Below, in pieces: positions 49,080 to 61,892 of a stretch of 64,000 bases of DNA; the first letter of the stretch is position 1, and each line of letters begins with the position of its first letter. The DNA comes from Azolla caroliniana (lineage: Eukaryota; Plantae; Polypodiophyta), in contig JBHGNT010000007.1 in the NCBI GenBank assembly GCA_043228905.1, positions 12,400,001-12,464,000 of the forward strand, written 5' to 3'. The position numbers and the translations under genes are program-made. The notes under the pieces are model-generated. The model made no database searches. It saw only the letters and a list, made by a program, of their open reading frames with translations, and was not told the origin of the DNA.

Positions 49080-52000
49080 AGATCACCATATGGAATGTGA
49101 GGGGATTGTGTTCTAGATTTAGAATGCATGATGTTTGGAGAATTGTGTTAAGTGAGCAATGGGATGTTTTATGTGCAGTAGAGCATAAAGATCATCGTAA
49201 TGTTGGTTTAATTAGTTATTCTAAGGGTTATACATTATGTTATGCTGGCAAGGTTCATGGGGATTATTCAGGGATTGTCATGTTTATAAGAGATAAATTT
49301 CACCCAAAAGTAATTGTTTCTGATGAATTTGGAAGATTTATTGTGGTAGAGATATGTTATGAAGGGCAAGATCTTTGGTCAGTTGGTGTGTATGCATCAA
49401 ATGTTTCACAAGCATGAAAGTTGTTATGGAGATCTCTAAACTCAGTGCTTGATAATGGTAGAACGGGTTTATTGATGGGAGATTTTAATGTTTGTTGTGA
49501 GACAGATCAATCAACATCTATCCACTCTATTATGGATGGACCAGAGGTTCAAGAATGAGGAGATTTTGAGACTGAAGTCATGTTAAGGGATGTATGGAAA
49601 TGGATCAAGGGAGATGAACCTAGTTATACATTTCAATCGACTTACTTGGAGTAGGTTGGATCAAATGTATGTAATGCATGCCAAAGGTTTTTTACCAGAG
49701 ATTTTGGATATTTTAGTGTTTTATAGGTCAATTATATCAGATAATTTCCCATTAATTTTTGAGTTCAATCACCACTCAATTAAAGGTTTTCATGAGTTTC
49801 TAGGAAAACCACTGTTGATTTTTAATTCATCATTTTTGGATCATGAGGTCTTCCATGCCTATATGTGTCAATTGATTGATGCATTTGCCTATCATGTTCA
49901 ATTTGATGGGTATGAAGCGTGGGAAATATTTGTTGCAAATGTTCAAAGGTTAACTAGATATTATGGAATTCACCATGCTTTTAAAAGGAGAAAGAAATTA
50001 AGTCTCCTAGTTAATTTTCTTGATAAATGCAACTCATTGTTAATTTATTGGCCAATGGATGTAGAGTTGATGGGATATCAAGAGGTATTAATTTCTGCGA
50101 TGCATGACCTAACGACAAAAAATTATCAACATGCTAGACTACATCTTCTCAGACAAGAAGTGAATGATGCTAATTGTCAATCACATAAGTTTTTTCATGA
50201 CCTTCATGAATCACATGCACGACATAATGTGGTAAGGTTAGAGGAAAATGGTATCATGTGTTCTGATCCTCAAGAAATTGTGAAGAAATGCATAGAATAT
50301 TATACACAATTGTTGGATGTACAAGTGTGTATCGACGATAATGTTAAAAAGGATAGAGATGTATTTTTTAATGGAGTGAAAAATCATGTATCGCATGATG
50401 TGGCACAATCATTAGATGCTAATATTTCAGAGGATGAGGTGGAACATGTCATGTCACATCTTGGTAATGATAAGAGTCCTGGGTGGAATGGATTAACACA
50501 TGAACTCTTTAAATATGTGATTAAGTTAAAGGGGCCTTTTACGGTTTTATTTTAGAAGGTGTGAGGGAAATGCCTCATTCTTGGAAGATTGGTTTGATCA
50601 AGCTTTTGCCGAAGGTGCCTTCTCCATCTTCCTTTGCTCAATGGAGGCCTATTTCATTGATAGGGGGAATGTACAAAAATTTTGCAAAAGTGATGGCCAA
50701 TATGTTGCATAAAGTTTTACCTTCTATTATTCATGATGCTCAATATGGGTTTTTAGCAAAAAGAGACATTTTACATAATATTTTAAATGTTCAAATGGCA
50801 ATTAACTATGTAAAGGAGTCTAAACAAGAATTAGGGTTGCTACAATTGGATATCGAGAAAGCTTATGATAATGTGGATTGGTCATTTATAAATCAATTGA
50901 TGTCTCAAATGGGTTTTGGTGATCGTATGTATAAGTTCATATACACATTAGGGGAGGGTTCGGTTTCACATGTGATGTTTAATGGAGGAGTAACACAACC
51001 GATTTCTATTCAGAGGTCAATTAGACAAGGATGCCCGATAAGTCCTTTACTATTCACTATTGTGACACATCCTATTCTTGTTAAGTTACACAATATGGCT
51101 ATGGAGGAAGAATTGTTTGGATTAAGGTTGCCTTCAGGGAAGCCATGTATTGTTCAAGCTCTCGCAGATGACCATATTATGTTTTTGGCACCTAATCGGG
51201 AAATATTAGTAAGACAAGAGATGTGTGGGTATTGTTTTCAAATGCTTCAGGGTTGAGAATTAATATACATAAATTTGTTCTCATTTCATGTACAGAACAA
51301 GATGTGTTAGGGTTGGGGTGGCCAGGAAGGATAGTACATCATGGTATGATTTGTCGTCATCTTGGATATCCAATTGGGGTGGAAGTTTCTCATGTGAAAC
51401 TTATTGAGTGGGTATCCAAAAGGTTGGAGGATAAGTTTATGTATTGGAGGTCTCCATTTTGGCCTTTTCATGTACGACTTAAGGTGGTCCAATCAATTAT
51501 GGTCTCTATGGTATCGTATTATCTTCCTTTGCTCCCATGGTCAAAGAAATCTCTTGAAATGTTATCACACTCGATGCGAATGTTGTTATGGAAAAGAAAA
51601 GGGAAAAGTGCCTTGTCATGGTTGGCATGGGATCATGTTTGTACTCTGAAGTGTCTTGGTGGGGCATCAATATTGAATCTATATGAGCATATAGTGTGGC
51701 TCGTCGATTTACTTTCATTCGATTCATGTTTGAAGTTGTACAACCTTGGACAGAAATGATGGCATACTTTATAGAGAAGAACGGAATAAAGCTTGGAAAC
51801 ATGAAGGTTGAAGCGAATTGGTGGAATGTAATTAAATCTGACAGGGATGTCAAATGTACAGGGTCTATGATAGTTAATCATTTGTTGACATTTTGGCAAA
51901 GTATGTTGGATTTTGTGGAATGGCATCCCCCACAAGAAAGGGGATGTGCCAATTCATTACAAATGGAGGTTTTGGCAACATCAAGGTTGTTGAGGTGGGA

Positions 52001-52850
52001 AGGTAAACAAATTCTTAACCTTCAATTTAATCAGATGGCTAGATTGGGTTTGGTAACAGTTAAGGATACTATGTTGGTTTCACAAAGAAGTTTAATGGAT
52101 TTTCGAACAATAAGATCAACATTTCGTATTCCAAAAGGTTATAACATTATTTGGGATAAGTTGCAACAAATACTATCTTCGCATGAGCCAATTCCTGACT
52201 TAGATGGGTGATCTCAAGAGCTTGATTGGAGGTTTGTTGGAAATAAGAGATTGACTATGATCTCAACTAATGTTGCTTATCACAAGTTGATTGACAAACA
52301 TACTTGTGATTGAAAGAAAGGGTTATAAAGATATGGGGTTTTCATAAGCCCATTACTTGGTGGTTTCATGTGATCAAGGTAGGTTGGTGTTCTCGATTGA
52401 TGCTACGAGCCAAGGTATTTATTTGGAGAGTTATGGTTGGAGCTTTACCATTAGGGGACACATTAAAAAAAAGAAACATTACTAAAGGATTATGTTTCTT
52501 TTGTTTGATGGAATTGGAACATATAGGCATCGATTTATTTCATGCCTGATGGCAAGGATGGTTTGGAGGTGTATCCATTTAGTGTGGATGTCTCTAACAG
52601 AAGTCTATCTTCCTTCAGTTGGGTTTTTGCACATATGGAGAACAATGAACTGATGCCTCATTTTCAAATTATTTTTGAGTTATTGAGGTATTGGGGGCTA
52701 TGGTTCAATTGGAATATGCGGAATTCCTTAATTTTTTATTCGCAAGTTGGGGTGAGAAAATATGTTCTAAAGTTAAAAGGACTTCTTTTGTGGCAATTGA
52801 CAGTGCTAGAGAAGTCACGAAATCTCAACCAAGAAGAGAGAGAACTCTGA
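49076..52850 (+). pseudogene. LINE ORF2 (APE endonuclease, RT, zf-RVT-like), broken by stops and frameshifts
   Basis: MKITIWNVRGL, GDFN, WSRLD, SDNFP, KSPG.NG, WRPISL, LDIEKAYD, IRQGCPISPLLF, ALADD, RHLGYPIG, CFFC..E, WNMRN. Start overlaps the ORF1 stop. Confidence 0.92.
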
Positions 52851-53009
52851 AAGGTCACATATCATCATACTTCACATTTGAATTGGTGTGTAGGGTGGCA
52901 TTGAGTTTGGTGTCATAGTATTCTTTAGATCCTTTGATAGAAGGGTTCTATGCTTTGTAGTAAGTTAGTCATGGCCGTGTTTTTTTCTTTCGTAATGAAA
53001 GCCATTATT

Positions 53010-53066
<57 letters not shown>

Positions 53067-53071
<5 letters not shown>

Positions 53072-53190
53072 ATTGGGCTTTCCCCTTGTAAAAAGATTCG
53101 TGTGCGGAAACGTGTGCGATAGACACCGAACCGAGTACACAGTCGATTGTTCGGAACTCGTCAGTTAGGTAAACATAGAGAATAGATACA
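53067..53190 (+). repeat. Right copy of the ~123-bp duplication flanking the LINE
   Basis: Matches 47287-47409. Confidence 0.92.
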
Positions 53191-53227
53191 TATTGAGAGA
53201 GACAAAAAGAGTAGACAACAACTTACA

Positions 53228-53635
53228 TTTTTTTTTTTGTAACACTTTTATTACTAGTGAGAAACCTCCAAGTGAGGTGAAAACCCACAAAGAATAAAGA
53301 AAAATATACAAGTGTCGATTAGACACTAAAGAGCTTAAAAGCACTCAAAGTAAAGATTGTAAATTTGCAGTGTGATGTCTCTAAGTTGCAGACAATAAAA
53401 AATAGAGTTTGCTTGAGGGATTGCTTAAAGAAGCTAACTTCATGAAGTTGGGTTCAATCAAAGACCTTATATTGCGGGCTGTCCAAATGGTCCAGAGTGC
53501 CCAAAATCGTGTCCATTGGAGAAAATAGGCATTGTTGGATAGGGTGCATGGAATTTGTCCAAATATCCAAAAGTGTTTACCAAACCTTCGGCCAGGAAAT
53601 CTATGATAAAGAGATGCACTTAGTCTTTGTATAAA
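53228..53635 (-). mobile_element. 5'-truncated poly(A)-tailed LINE (second family), 3' end of ORF2 plus UTR
   Basis: T11 at 53228-53238 with AATAAA just upstream on minus; minus-strand translation includes FWALWTIWTARN (LINE ORF2 C-terminal W.IW..RN motif); homologous to 26705-26841. Confidence 0.8.
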
Positions 53636-53640
53636 TGTTG

Positions 53641-54216
53641 TAGGTTTCTGGATCTCTTCCGGTTCTCACCGGGTCTTCTCCATTCATAGCCGGATCCCAT
53701 CCGGAGGGACCGATTTCCCAACAATCTCCCCCTTCACTCCGGCATGGGATGTCTCACCAACCCGATCCACTCTCGGCATGCGTCTAACTTGTGGGTTGTC
53801 AGCACCTTGGTTAGCATGTCTGACCTGTTCTCCTCCGTGTGGATCTTCGTCAGCACGAACTCTCGATCTTCAACTCGCTCCCGGATCTCGTGGTACCTAC
53901 GCTGGATGTGCTTCGTTCTAGAATGGTATGCCGCGTTCTTTGCAAGGTGGATGGCACTTTGACTGTCGCAGTGGAGCCGGTATTCTTCTTGCTCGATCCC
54001 TAGCTCTTTGATGAAGTCCTTCATCCACAGTATTTTCTTGCAGGCTTCCATGGCTGCCATGTACTCCGCCTCCGTGGTTGACAACGCAACCATCTTCTGT
54101 AGCCTCGACTGCCACGAAACGGCTCTCTTAGCATAGGTCATGACATATCCAGAAGTTGACTGACATATACGAATCCGTAAAGCCTTCCATGAGGTGTTTA
54201 CTGGAGCCGAATCTAT
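53641..54216 (-). mobile_element. Copia relic related to element I (RNase H, PPT, start of 3' LTR), interrupted by H
   Basis: ORF 53734-54141 ends VRHPMPE as in I; PPT at ~53726-53735; LTR start TGTTGGGAAAT. Confidence 0.85.
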
Positions 54217-56414
54217 TGTCCGCCAGAAAAGTAACCGACGGACAAGAGCGTAGGAATAAGAAATAATATAAGATCATAACGCATGTAACGGTTCACGAAG
54301 GAAGCGTGAATGGCTAAATAGACCCTGCGTATATAAAGGGCAGAAAACCTCTGATAGAGGGAGCGTGTAATTTTGGGGAATGTAAGAAACGTCTCATAAT
54401 AGAATTGTATTTTCTCTGATTCTCTGTGTATAGCTATGACTAATCCCTTGTGTGTGTCTTGAAGACCTAACCGTGTAAGAACGTAAGTGTAACCTTTGCT
54501 AAGGATTCGGTTGTAGCCGTCTCCCTTATATGCTAATAGGTTATAGGGAACATTCCCCTACGCATTACGCTTAGACGCCTATTCGTTATTCCACACCCAC
54601 TTGGAGGTCTAGGTCGAAGGATTGACCGCGGACCGTGTTCCTAATCGGCAACACTTTTGGCACGCTTGGTGATCTGTGTCTTCTCACAGACGAACAATGA
54701 CGAATGGATGTTTAGCTGCAGACGCCCCAGAGAACCAACACGATAAGACTGGCCAATAACAAGGTATGTCACACGCCAGGCAGAAGAACGCACACGGCAA
54801 AAGCCGCGCCTCAACAACCTCAGTACTACCTGCCGTGAGTACAAAGGTGATTCTTCGCTCTCCAAATACCTCGACGAGACGCAGGGACTATGCTAACCAC
54901 AACCACCCGGTGGTCTTTCCCGACCCACCGTAGCCCCCACCATGGCCTTTATCTACCCCAGCTTTAACGGCGAAACTGACGCCACAACGCATATTCGCAT
55001 GTTCCTGAATGTCTGGAATGCAAACCACATGGCGCAGAGCTTTTCAGAGGCGGTAGCACACCAGTCGAAAATGACGGAGTTCGGGTTAACATTAGATGGG
55101 CGAGCGGCGTTTTGGCATTCACAGATGGATTGACCAGCAATAACAACCTTCGATGAGCTGCAGTCCGCCTTCTTGCGATTCTTCCATCAGAGGGTTCCAC
55201 AACGCGAAATCCTCGGACAGTTTTATACGATTAAGAAACTGCCGACCGAGACGATAGCGGACTTCAGCTTACGTTTCCAAAATTTACGATGGAAATTGGA
55301 ACGGAGCCCCATGGAAGACGAGGCTCGGGAAACATTTTTGGCAGCTTTACGCCGGCCCATCTGGGCAAGGCTCAACAACAATAGCGCGTGAAAGGGGAAA
55401 TGACGGATATGGTAATTAAACGAGCGTTACAGCTCGAGTTGGATGACGAGGAGGAAAGGTTTTCTATGTCCTCCTTACGACAAGGGTTACCTCAGGATGA
55501 GGAACGCTAGTTTCGTCAAGCAATCCAGTGCACGATTTGCTTGAACTCGGGGCATTCCGCAGTGGACTGCAATATGCGAATCCACTACCCAATCTGCCAC
55601 TCGAAGGCTCACACAGTCGACCAATACGAATACAATATGTTAAACAGAGCCACTCCCGCAGTCCGCAGCATGGACACACATCGTCAACCACACCGGACTG
55701 AAAAAAGGAGGCAAGAAGACCGACCCCGGTATAAGGATCGCAACCCACGGGAGGACCGGTACCAACGGAACCGCCGAAATCACAACGATTCCGAGGAGGA
55801 CGAACCAGAGGACGAGGATTATCGTGGACATCTGAGTTACGCCAAAGGGGGTCGGCGCTACGAGAATCAACGGCCGACAAACAAATGGGGCGGTTTTAAT
55901 GGTTATCGTGGTAAGACATGGCAATATTGAGATCACCGGCATTACGACGAAAGCTCGGTGGATGAGCGGCACTAGGAACAACGACGGGACCAACAACAGC
56001 CACCGCGTATGTTCCGACAAACGAGGCCGGACCACGAGGAGCAAGTAGCACCATGGGAGCGGCACACACCACCAGGAGCTGAGAAGGGTGAATCAAGCAT
56101 CCATTGTTTTATTTGTCAGCAACCCAGACATTATGCCACGCAATGCCCAACACGCAAGGGAAAGGGGCCCGCTGTCAATACGATTACGGCGGAAGTGCAG
56201 CAAGTCACGACACGCTAGCAAACAAAAACGGTTGATTGGGTTGCGCAAGATGAGGTACGCCGACAAGCCCAAGCGTGGGTGGAAAAAGCAAACGCGACAA
56301 ATATGGCACGTATGTGGAAGGAGTCCGTGAACACAATGGAGCGAGCAGAGGATGAAAGACTGGTCCTAGACCCCATTTGGCAGGCGTTAGCGGGCTGTGA
56401 GATAACGTTAACCA

Positions 56415-59400
56415 TGTTGGGAGACAGGTTCCTCCTGATGGGAAGGGAGAAGATCAGTGCCGATGAACAAACTTGGCCGAGGCCGATAGGTCGAGGCCGA
56501 AACCGGATGAGGAGGACCCGGCTACGGAGAGCCGGATGGTGCAGGCCCGGTATGAACCAGATGAGGAGTACCCGGCTATGGAGAGCCGGATGGTGCAGGC
56601 CCAGTATGAACCGGATGAGGAGTACCTGGCTACGGAGAGCCGGATGGTGCAGGCCCGGTATGAACCGGATGAAGAGACATATTCGTAAATATGTTTCTGA
56701 GAGCCCATCGAGGCTACATTTGTAAATAGCTGAAAAGTCATATTAGTATAAATATGACTTAGGGCAAACTTTTAGTAATTGTTGTTGTCATTTTCTTGTT
56801 GGTGCAAGAAGCAGAGACAGTACGTAACGTTGTACAGAGAGAGAGAGAGAAAGAGGTCGTTGCCTCTGTTGTAACCGCCGCCTGTGGTGAAGATCGTGAG
56901 TCCGAGGTCGTTGCCTCCGTGAACTCACTGTTTTGTACATTCTTACATAGTGACAGTTTGCAGCCTGTGGGCTTCTGTGGTTTTTCCCCTAGTTTGGGGT
57001 TTTTCCACGTAAACCTCCTGTGTATCTTCCTCTCCTTTTGTGTCGTGTTTTATTTCCCGTTTTCTATGTATCTTTCTACGCTCGGTTGTGGCTGAGCGTC
57101 GCGCATAAGGAACGTCGGGTTCCCGTCAAGTGGTATCAGAGCAAAATCGACACAGAAAATGGACGAATCATTTGGCGGCATGTTCAAGCTCACCGGCTCC
57201 AACTATTCAGTATGGAAGTCGAAGATGAGGGACATGCTCGTTGTTAAAGACCTCTGGCTGCCGGTTCAGTTCGGGGACAAGAGACCGGACAAAATCGACG
57301 CCGCGATATGGGAGGTGATGCACATGAAGACAACGGCGTACATACGGTGCTTCATCGACATGAGCCTATCCAACAACTTCAATGAAGAGAGCAAGGCTCA
57401 TGAGCTCTGGGAGAAGATCGGCATAATGTTCCAGAACAAAAATGCTGTCAATCAGGTGTCGGTATTCCGGAAGCTAGTAAGACTCCGGTACCAAGATGGC
57501 TCCAGCATGGCGGAGCACATGAATGCCTTCCAGGGGCTGATCCACCAGGCAACGCCATTGGAAGTACCTCTTGCCGATGAGGTACTAGCTCTACTCCTGC
57601 TCAGTTCCCTCCCAGATAGTTGGGAGACGTTGGTTGTCACTTTGGGCAACGCCGGGCCGGAAGGAAAACGGTTATCCCTAGCAAGAGTAAAGTCGAGCTT
57701 GCTAGATGAGGAGGCGCGTCAGAAGGATAAAGATACGAGCTCTGACTCCAAAAGCGCTCCTTACCGAATCGGAACGCAGAAGACATAGAAACCGTAGTCC
57801 CCAGAACCGGGAGAAGTCGGGGACACGGTCAAAGTCAAGGGGGAGGCAAGCCGGGTCACTTCCAAAAGAACTGTCGGCATTTCCGTAAAGACAAGGAAAC
57901 TGACGGTACCGATTCGAAGCAAACCCCGGACCGGAACGGTAAAGACCGGAGGGGGCCTGACCGGAAGGGAACGACGGCAATCGCAGCATGTGAAGAAGAG
58001 TTGATGCTCATCACCGAGGAGAGTGAAATAAACCTTGCCGGCGACGAGATGACCTGAGTGATAGACTCCGGAGCGTCGTTCCACCTTACCCCGGACCGGA
58101 AATGCTTCTCATCCTACTCAGCCGGTGATCACGGCTGTGTCCGGATGGGAAATGAAGGGACATGCCGAATTGTCGGCATAGGAGACGTGTGGCTGACAAC
58201 ACCAACCGGATGCAAGTTGTTGCTGAAGGATGTCCGACACGTTCCGGAAGTTTGTCTGAACCTGATATCAGCCGGTCGGCTAGATGATGAAGGCTACACG
58301 GGTAGCATCCGGAATGGTGTCATGAAGTTCAGCAAAGGGAGCCTGATTGTGGCTCGGGCCCAGAAGGTAAACACACTATACCTGATGAATGCCCGGTTAT
58401 GTCCGGAAGAAGTGAACGTGGCATCCGACACTGCCGGTGAACTGTGGCACAAGAGGCTGTGTCATATGAGCGAGAAGCAGATGAAGAGGCTTGCAGACGA
58501 CAACCTCATTCTAGTGAAGAACGTGCACTTGGAGAAGTGCACTGATTGTCTGGCCGGTAAGCAGAACCGGACCTCCTTTCGATCAAGGCCACCGATGAGA
58601 CGTAATGCACCACTAGAGTTGGTGCATACAGATGTGTGTCAAGTAGACACGAAGTCACATGCCGAAGCGCAGTACTTCGTGACGTTCATAGATGACCACA
58701 GCCGGAAGCTGTGGGCCACACCGTTGAAGACGAAGGATCAGGTGTTATCCGTCTTCAAAGAGCTCCACGTGAGAGTGGAAAGAGAAACCGGCCGGAAGTT
58801 GAAGGCGGTTCGAGCATATAACGGAGGAGAGTACCGGGGGCAGTTCGAGGATTACTGCCGCTCGAAGGGAATCCGGCTCGAATTTACCGTGCCGAAGACG
58901 CTGGAACTAAACGGACTGGCCGAGAGGATGAAACGGACCATAATGGAGAGGGTCCGGAGTATGCTAGCGCATGTAAAACTACCCAAGAAGTTTTGGGCTG
59001 AGGCACTGTCGACGGCGACATATGTGAGTAATAGATCACCCTCAGTACCCTTGGACGGAGACACGCCACAGAGAGTGTGGACCGGTAAGGAAGTATCCTA
59101 CCGGCATCTGAAGGTGTTCAGGTGTCTCGCGTACGTGCATGTTGGTAAGGACCGGAGAGGTAAGTTAGATCCAAAGACCCGGCCATGCATATTGCGCGGT
59201 TACGGTGACGATGAGTTTGGCTACCAAGTGTGGGGCCCGGTCGACAAGAAGGTATTCCGGAGTCGAGATATTATCTTCATGGAGGACAAGACGCTCGCCG
59301 ACTGGTAGTCGGAGAAGAAGATAATGAACTCTGAGTCGACCGGTAAGGATAGACTCTACGATGAGCAGACACAACCGGCAAGAGACCGGTTAGCACTCGA

Positions 59401-61892
59401 GGAACCAGCCGGTTACGGTGAGGATACCGAACCGGCAGAAGAAGAGGTAGAGGAAGCTGATACTGGAACCGGCCAAGACCCCGAATCGGATTCGGATAAA
59501 GAGCAAATGGAGGAGCCGGTTACCGAAGCCCGAAGACGGAGATATCCTCTCAAAGAGAGAAGGGCGCCCCGGAGATTTCCGGATGCAGAGCATGTTCTGC
59601 TGACCGATGAGGGGGAGCCGGAAAGCTTCGAAGAAGTGAAGGAAGACACTCACAACCGAAAATGGTTAAGTGCCATGCAGGATGAGATGGATTCCCTACA
59701 TGAGAACCATACATACGAATTGGTGGAGTTGCTGAAAGGAAAACAGGCACTCCGAAACAAGTGGGTGTACAAGTTGAAACCGGGAGATGCTGGCAACCCC
59801 CCGAGATACAAAGCCAGGATCGTGGTGAAGGGGTTCCAGCAGAAGAAGGGCGTGGACTTCGATGAGATATTTGCCCCGGTAGTAAAGATGACCTCCATCC
59901 GGACGGTGCTGAGTATAGCAGCAAGCATGGGCCTTGAGGTAGAGCAGTTGGACGTGAAGACGGCATTCCTTCACGGCGACCTCGAAGAGGAGATCTACAT
60001 GCAGCAACCGGAAGGATTCGTGGAGAAAGGGAAGGAGCACCTGGTATGCCGGTTGAAGAAGAGCCTGTACGGACTGAAGTAGGTTCCCCGACAATGGTAC
60101 CGAAAGTTCGATTCCTTCATGACCGATCAAGTGTACCACAAGACGCAGGCCGATCACTGCGTGTTTGTGAAGAAGTTCGAAGGAGGAGACTTCCTGATAC
60201 TCCTTCTGTACGTGGATGACATGTTGATCGTCGGACGAGACCAAGTAAAAATACGGATGCTGAAGAAGGCTCTCAACCGGACCTTCTCAATGAAAGACTT
60301 GGGTCCGGCAAGACAGATGTTGGGGATGCACATCATTCGGGACCGGTCAGCGAAGCAATTATGGTTGTCACAAGAGAAGTACGTGACAAAGATGCTTCAC
60401 CGGTTCAACATGTCAGAAGCGAAACCGGTTGGATCTACACTTCCGGCAAACTGCAAGCTATCTGGTAAGCAAAGCCTGAAGACGAAAGCAGAGAAGGCGG
60501 ATATGATGAAGATCCCATATGCCTCTGCCGTCGGGAGCTTGATGTACGCAATGGTTTGTACCCGACCGGATATTGGATACACAGTCGGAGTGGTGAGCCG
60601 GTTCATCAGTAATCCCGGCAAGGAGCACTGGAACGCGATCAAATGGATACTCCGGTATTTGAAGGGCACTTCAAATATGTGTCTCCGATTCGGCTCCGGA
60701 AAACCTCAACTAGACGGTTTCATCGATTCGGACATGTCGGCTGATGTGGATACCAGCCGGTCTACATCCGGGTATGTGATGACATATGCAGGGGGAGCTG
60801 TTTTGTGGCAGCCCAGGCTGCAGAAGACGGTTGCATTGTCAACCACAGAGGCGGAGTACATGGCGGTTGTGGAAGCCGGCAAGGAAATATTATGGATGAA
60901 GGACTTCATCGGAGAGCTCGGTATCTGGCAAGAGGAATACCGACTCTTTTGCGACAGTCAAAGTGCCATCCACCTTGCTAAGAATGCGGCCTACCATTCC
61001 CGGACGAAGCATATCCAGCGGAGGTATCACTGGATCCGGGAAAGAGTAGATGACCAAGAGTTCGCACTGACGAAGATCCACACGGCCGAGAACGGGTCAG
61101 ATATGCTGACCAAAGTGCTGATACCCGACAAGCTGGACGCATGCCGGAAGAGGATCGGACTGGTAAGACACCCCATGCCGGAGTGAAGGGGGAGTTTGTT
61201 GGGAGACAGGTCCCTCCGGATGGGAAGGGAGAAGATCAGTGCCGATGAACAAACTTGGCCGAGGCCGATAGGTCGAGGCCGAAACCGGATGAGGAGGATG
61301 GTGCAGGCCCGGTATGAACCGGATGAGGAGTACCCGGCTACGGAGAGCCGGATGGTGCAGGCCCGGTATGAACCGGATGAGGAGTACCCGGCTACGGAGA
61401 GCCGGATGGTGTAGGCCCGGTATGAACCGGATGAAGAGACATATTCGTAAATATGTTTCTGAGAGCCCATCGAGGCTACATTTGTAAATAGCTGAAAAGT
61501 CATATTAGTATAAATATGACTTAGGGCAAACTTTTAGTAATTGTTGTTGTCATTTTCTTGTTGGTGCAAGAAGCAGAGACAGTACGTAACGTTGTACAGA
61601 GAGAGAGAGAGAGAAAGAGGTCGTTGCCTCTGTTGTAACCGCCGCCTGTGGCGAAGATCGTGAGTCCGAGGTCGTTGCCTCCGTGAACTCACTGTTTTGT
61701 ACATTCTTACATAGTGACAGTTTGCAGCCTGTGGGCTGCCGTGGTTTTTCCCCTAGTTTGGGGTTTTTCCACGTAAACCTCCTGTGTATCTTCCTCTCCT
61801 TTTGTGTCGTGTTTTATTTCCCGTTTTCTGTGTATCTTTCTACGCTCGGTTGTGGCCGAGCGTCGTGCATAAGGAACGTCGGGTTCCCGTCA
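56415..61892 (+). mobile_element. Element I: full-length Ty1/copia inserted between gag and PR of H
   Basis: TSD AACCA at 56410-56414 and 61893-61897; LTRs 56415-57128 and 61197-61892; PBS TGGTATCAGAGC 57131-57142; PPT GAAGGGGGAG 61185-61194. Confidence 0.97.
57159..61186 (+). pseudogene. gag-pol of I (near-intact; frameshift/deletion in gag and three point stops)
   Basis: KLTGSNYSVWK, IDSGASFH, LELVHTDVC, LNGLAERM, QLDVKTAFLHG, YVDDML, RTKHIQRRYH. Confidence 0.94.

Larger units (their letters stand above)
47410..53069 (+). mobile_element. Full-length L1-superfamily LINE bounded by (GA)37 and (GA)28
   Basis: ORF1 plus overlapping ORF2 (APE, RT, C-terminal Cys motif); GA runs at 47410-47483 and 53013-53068; no poly(A) tail. 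Confidence 0.93.
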
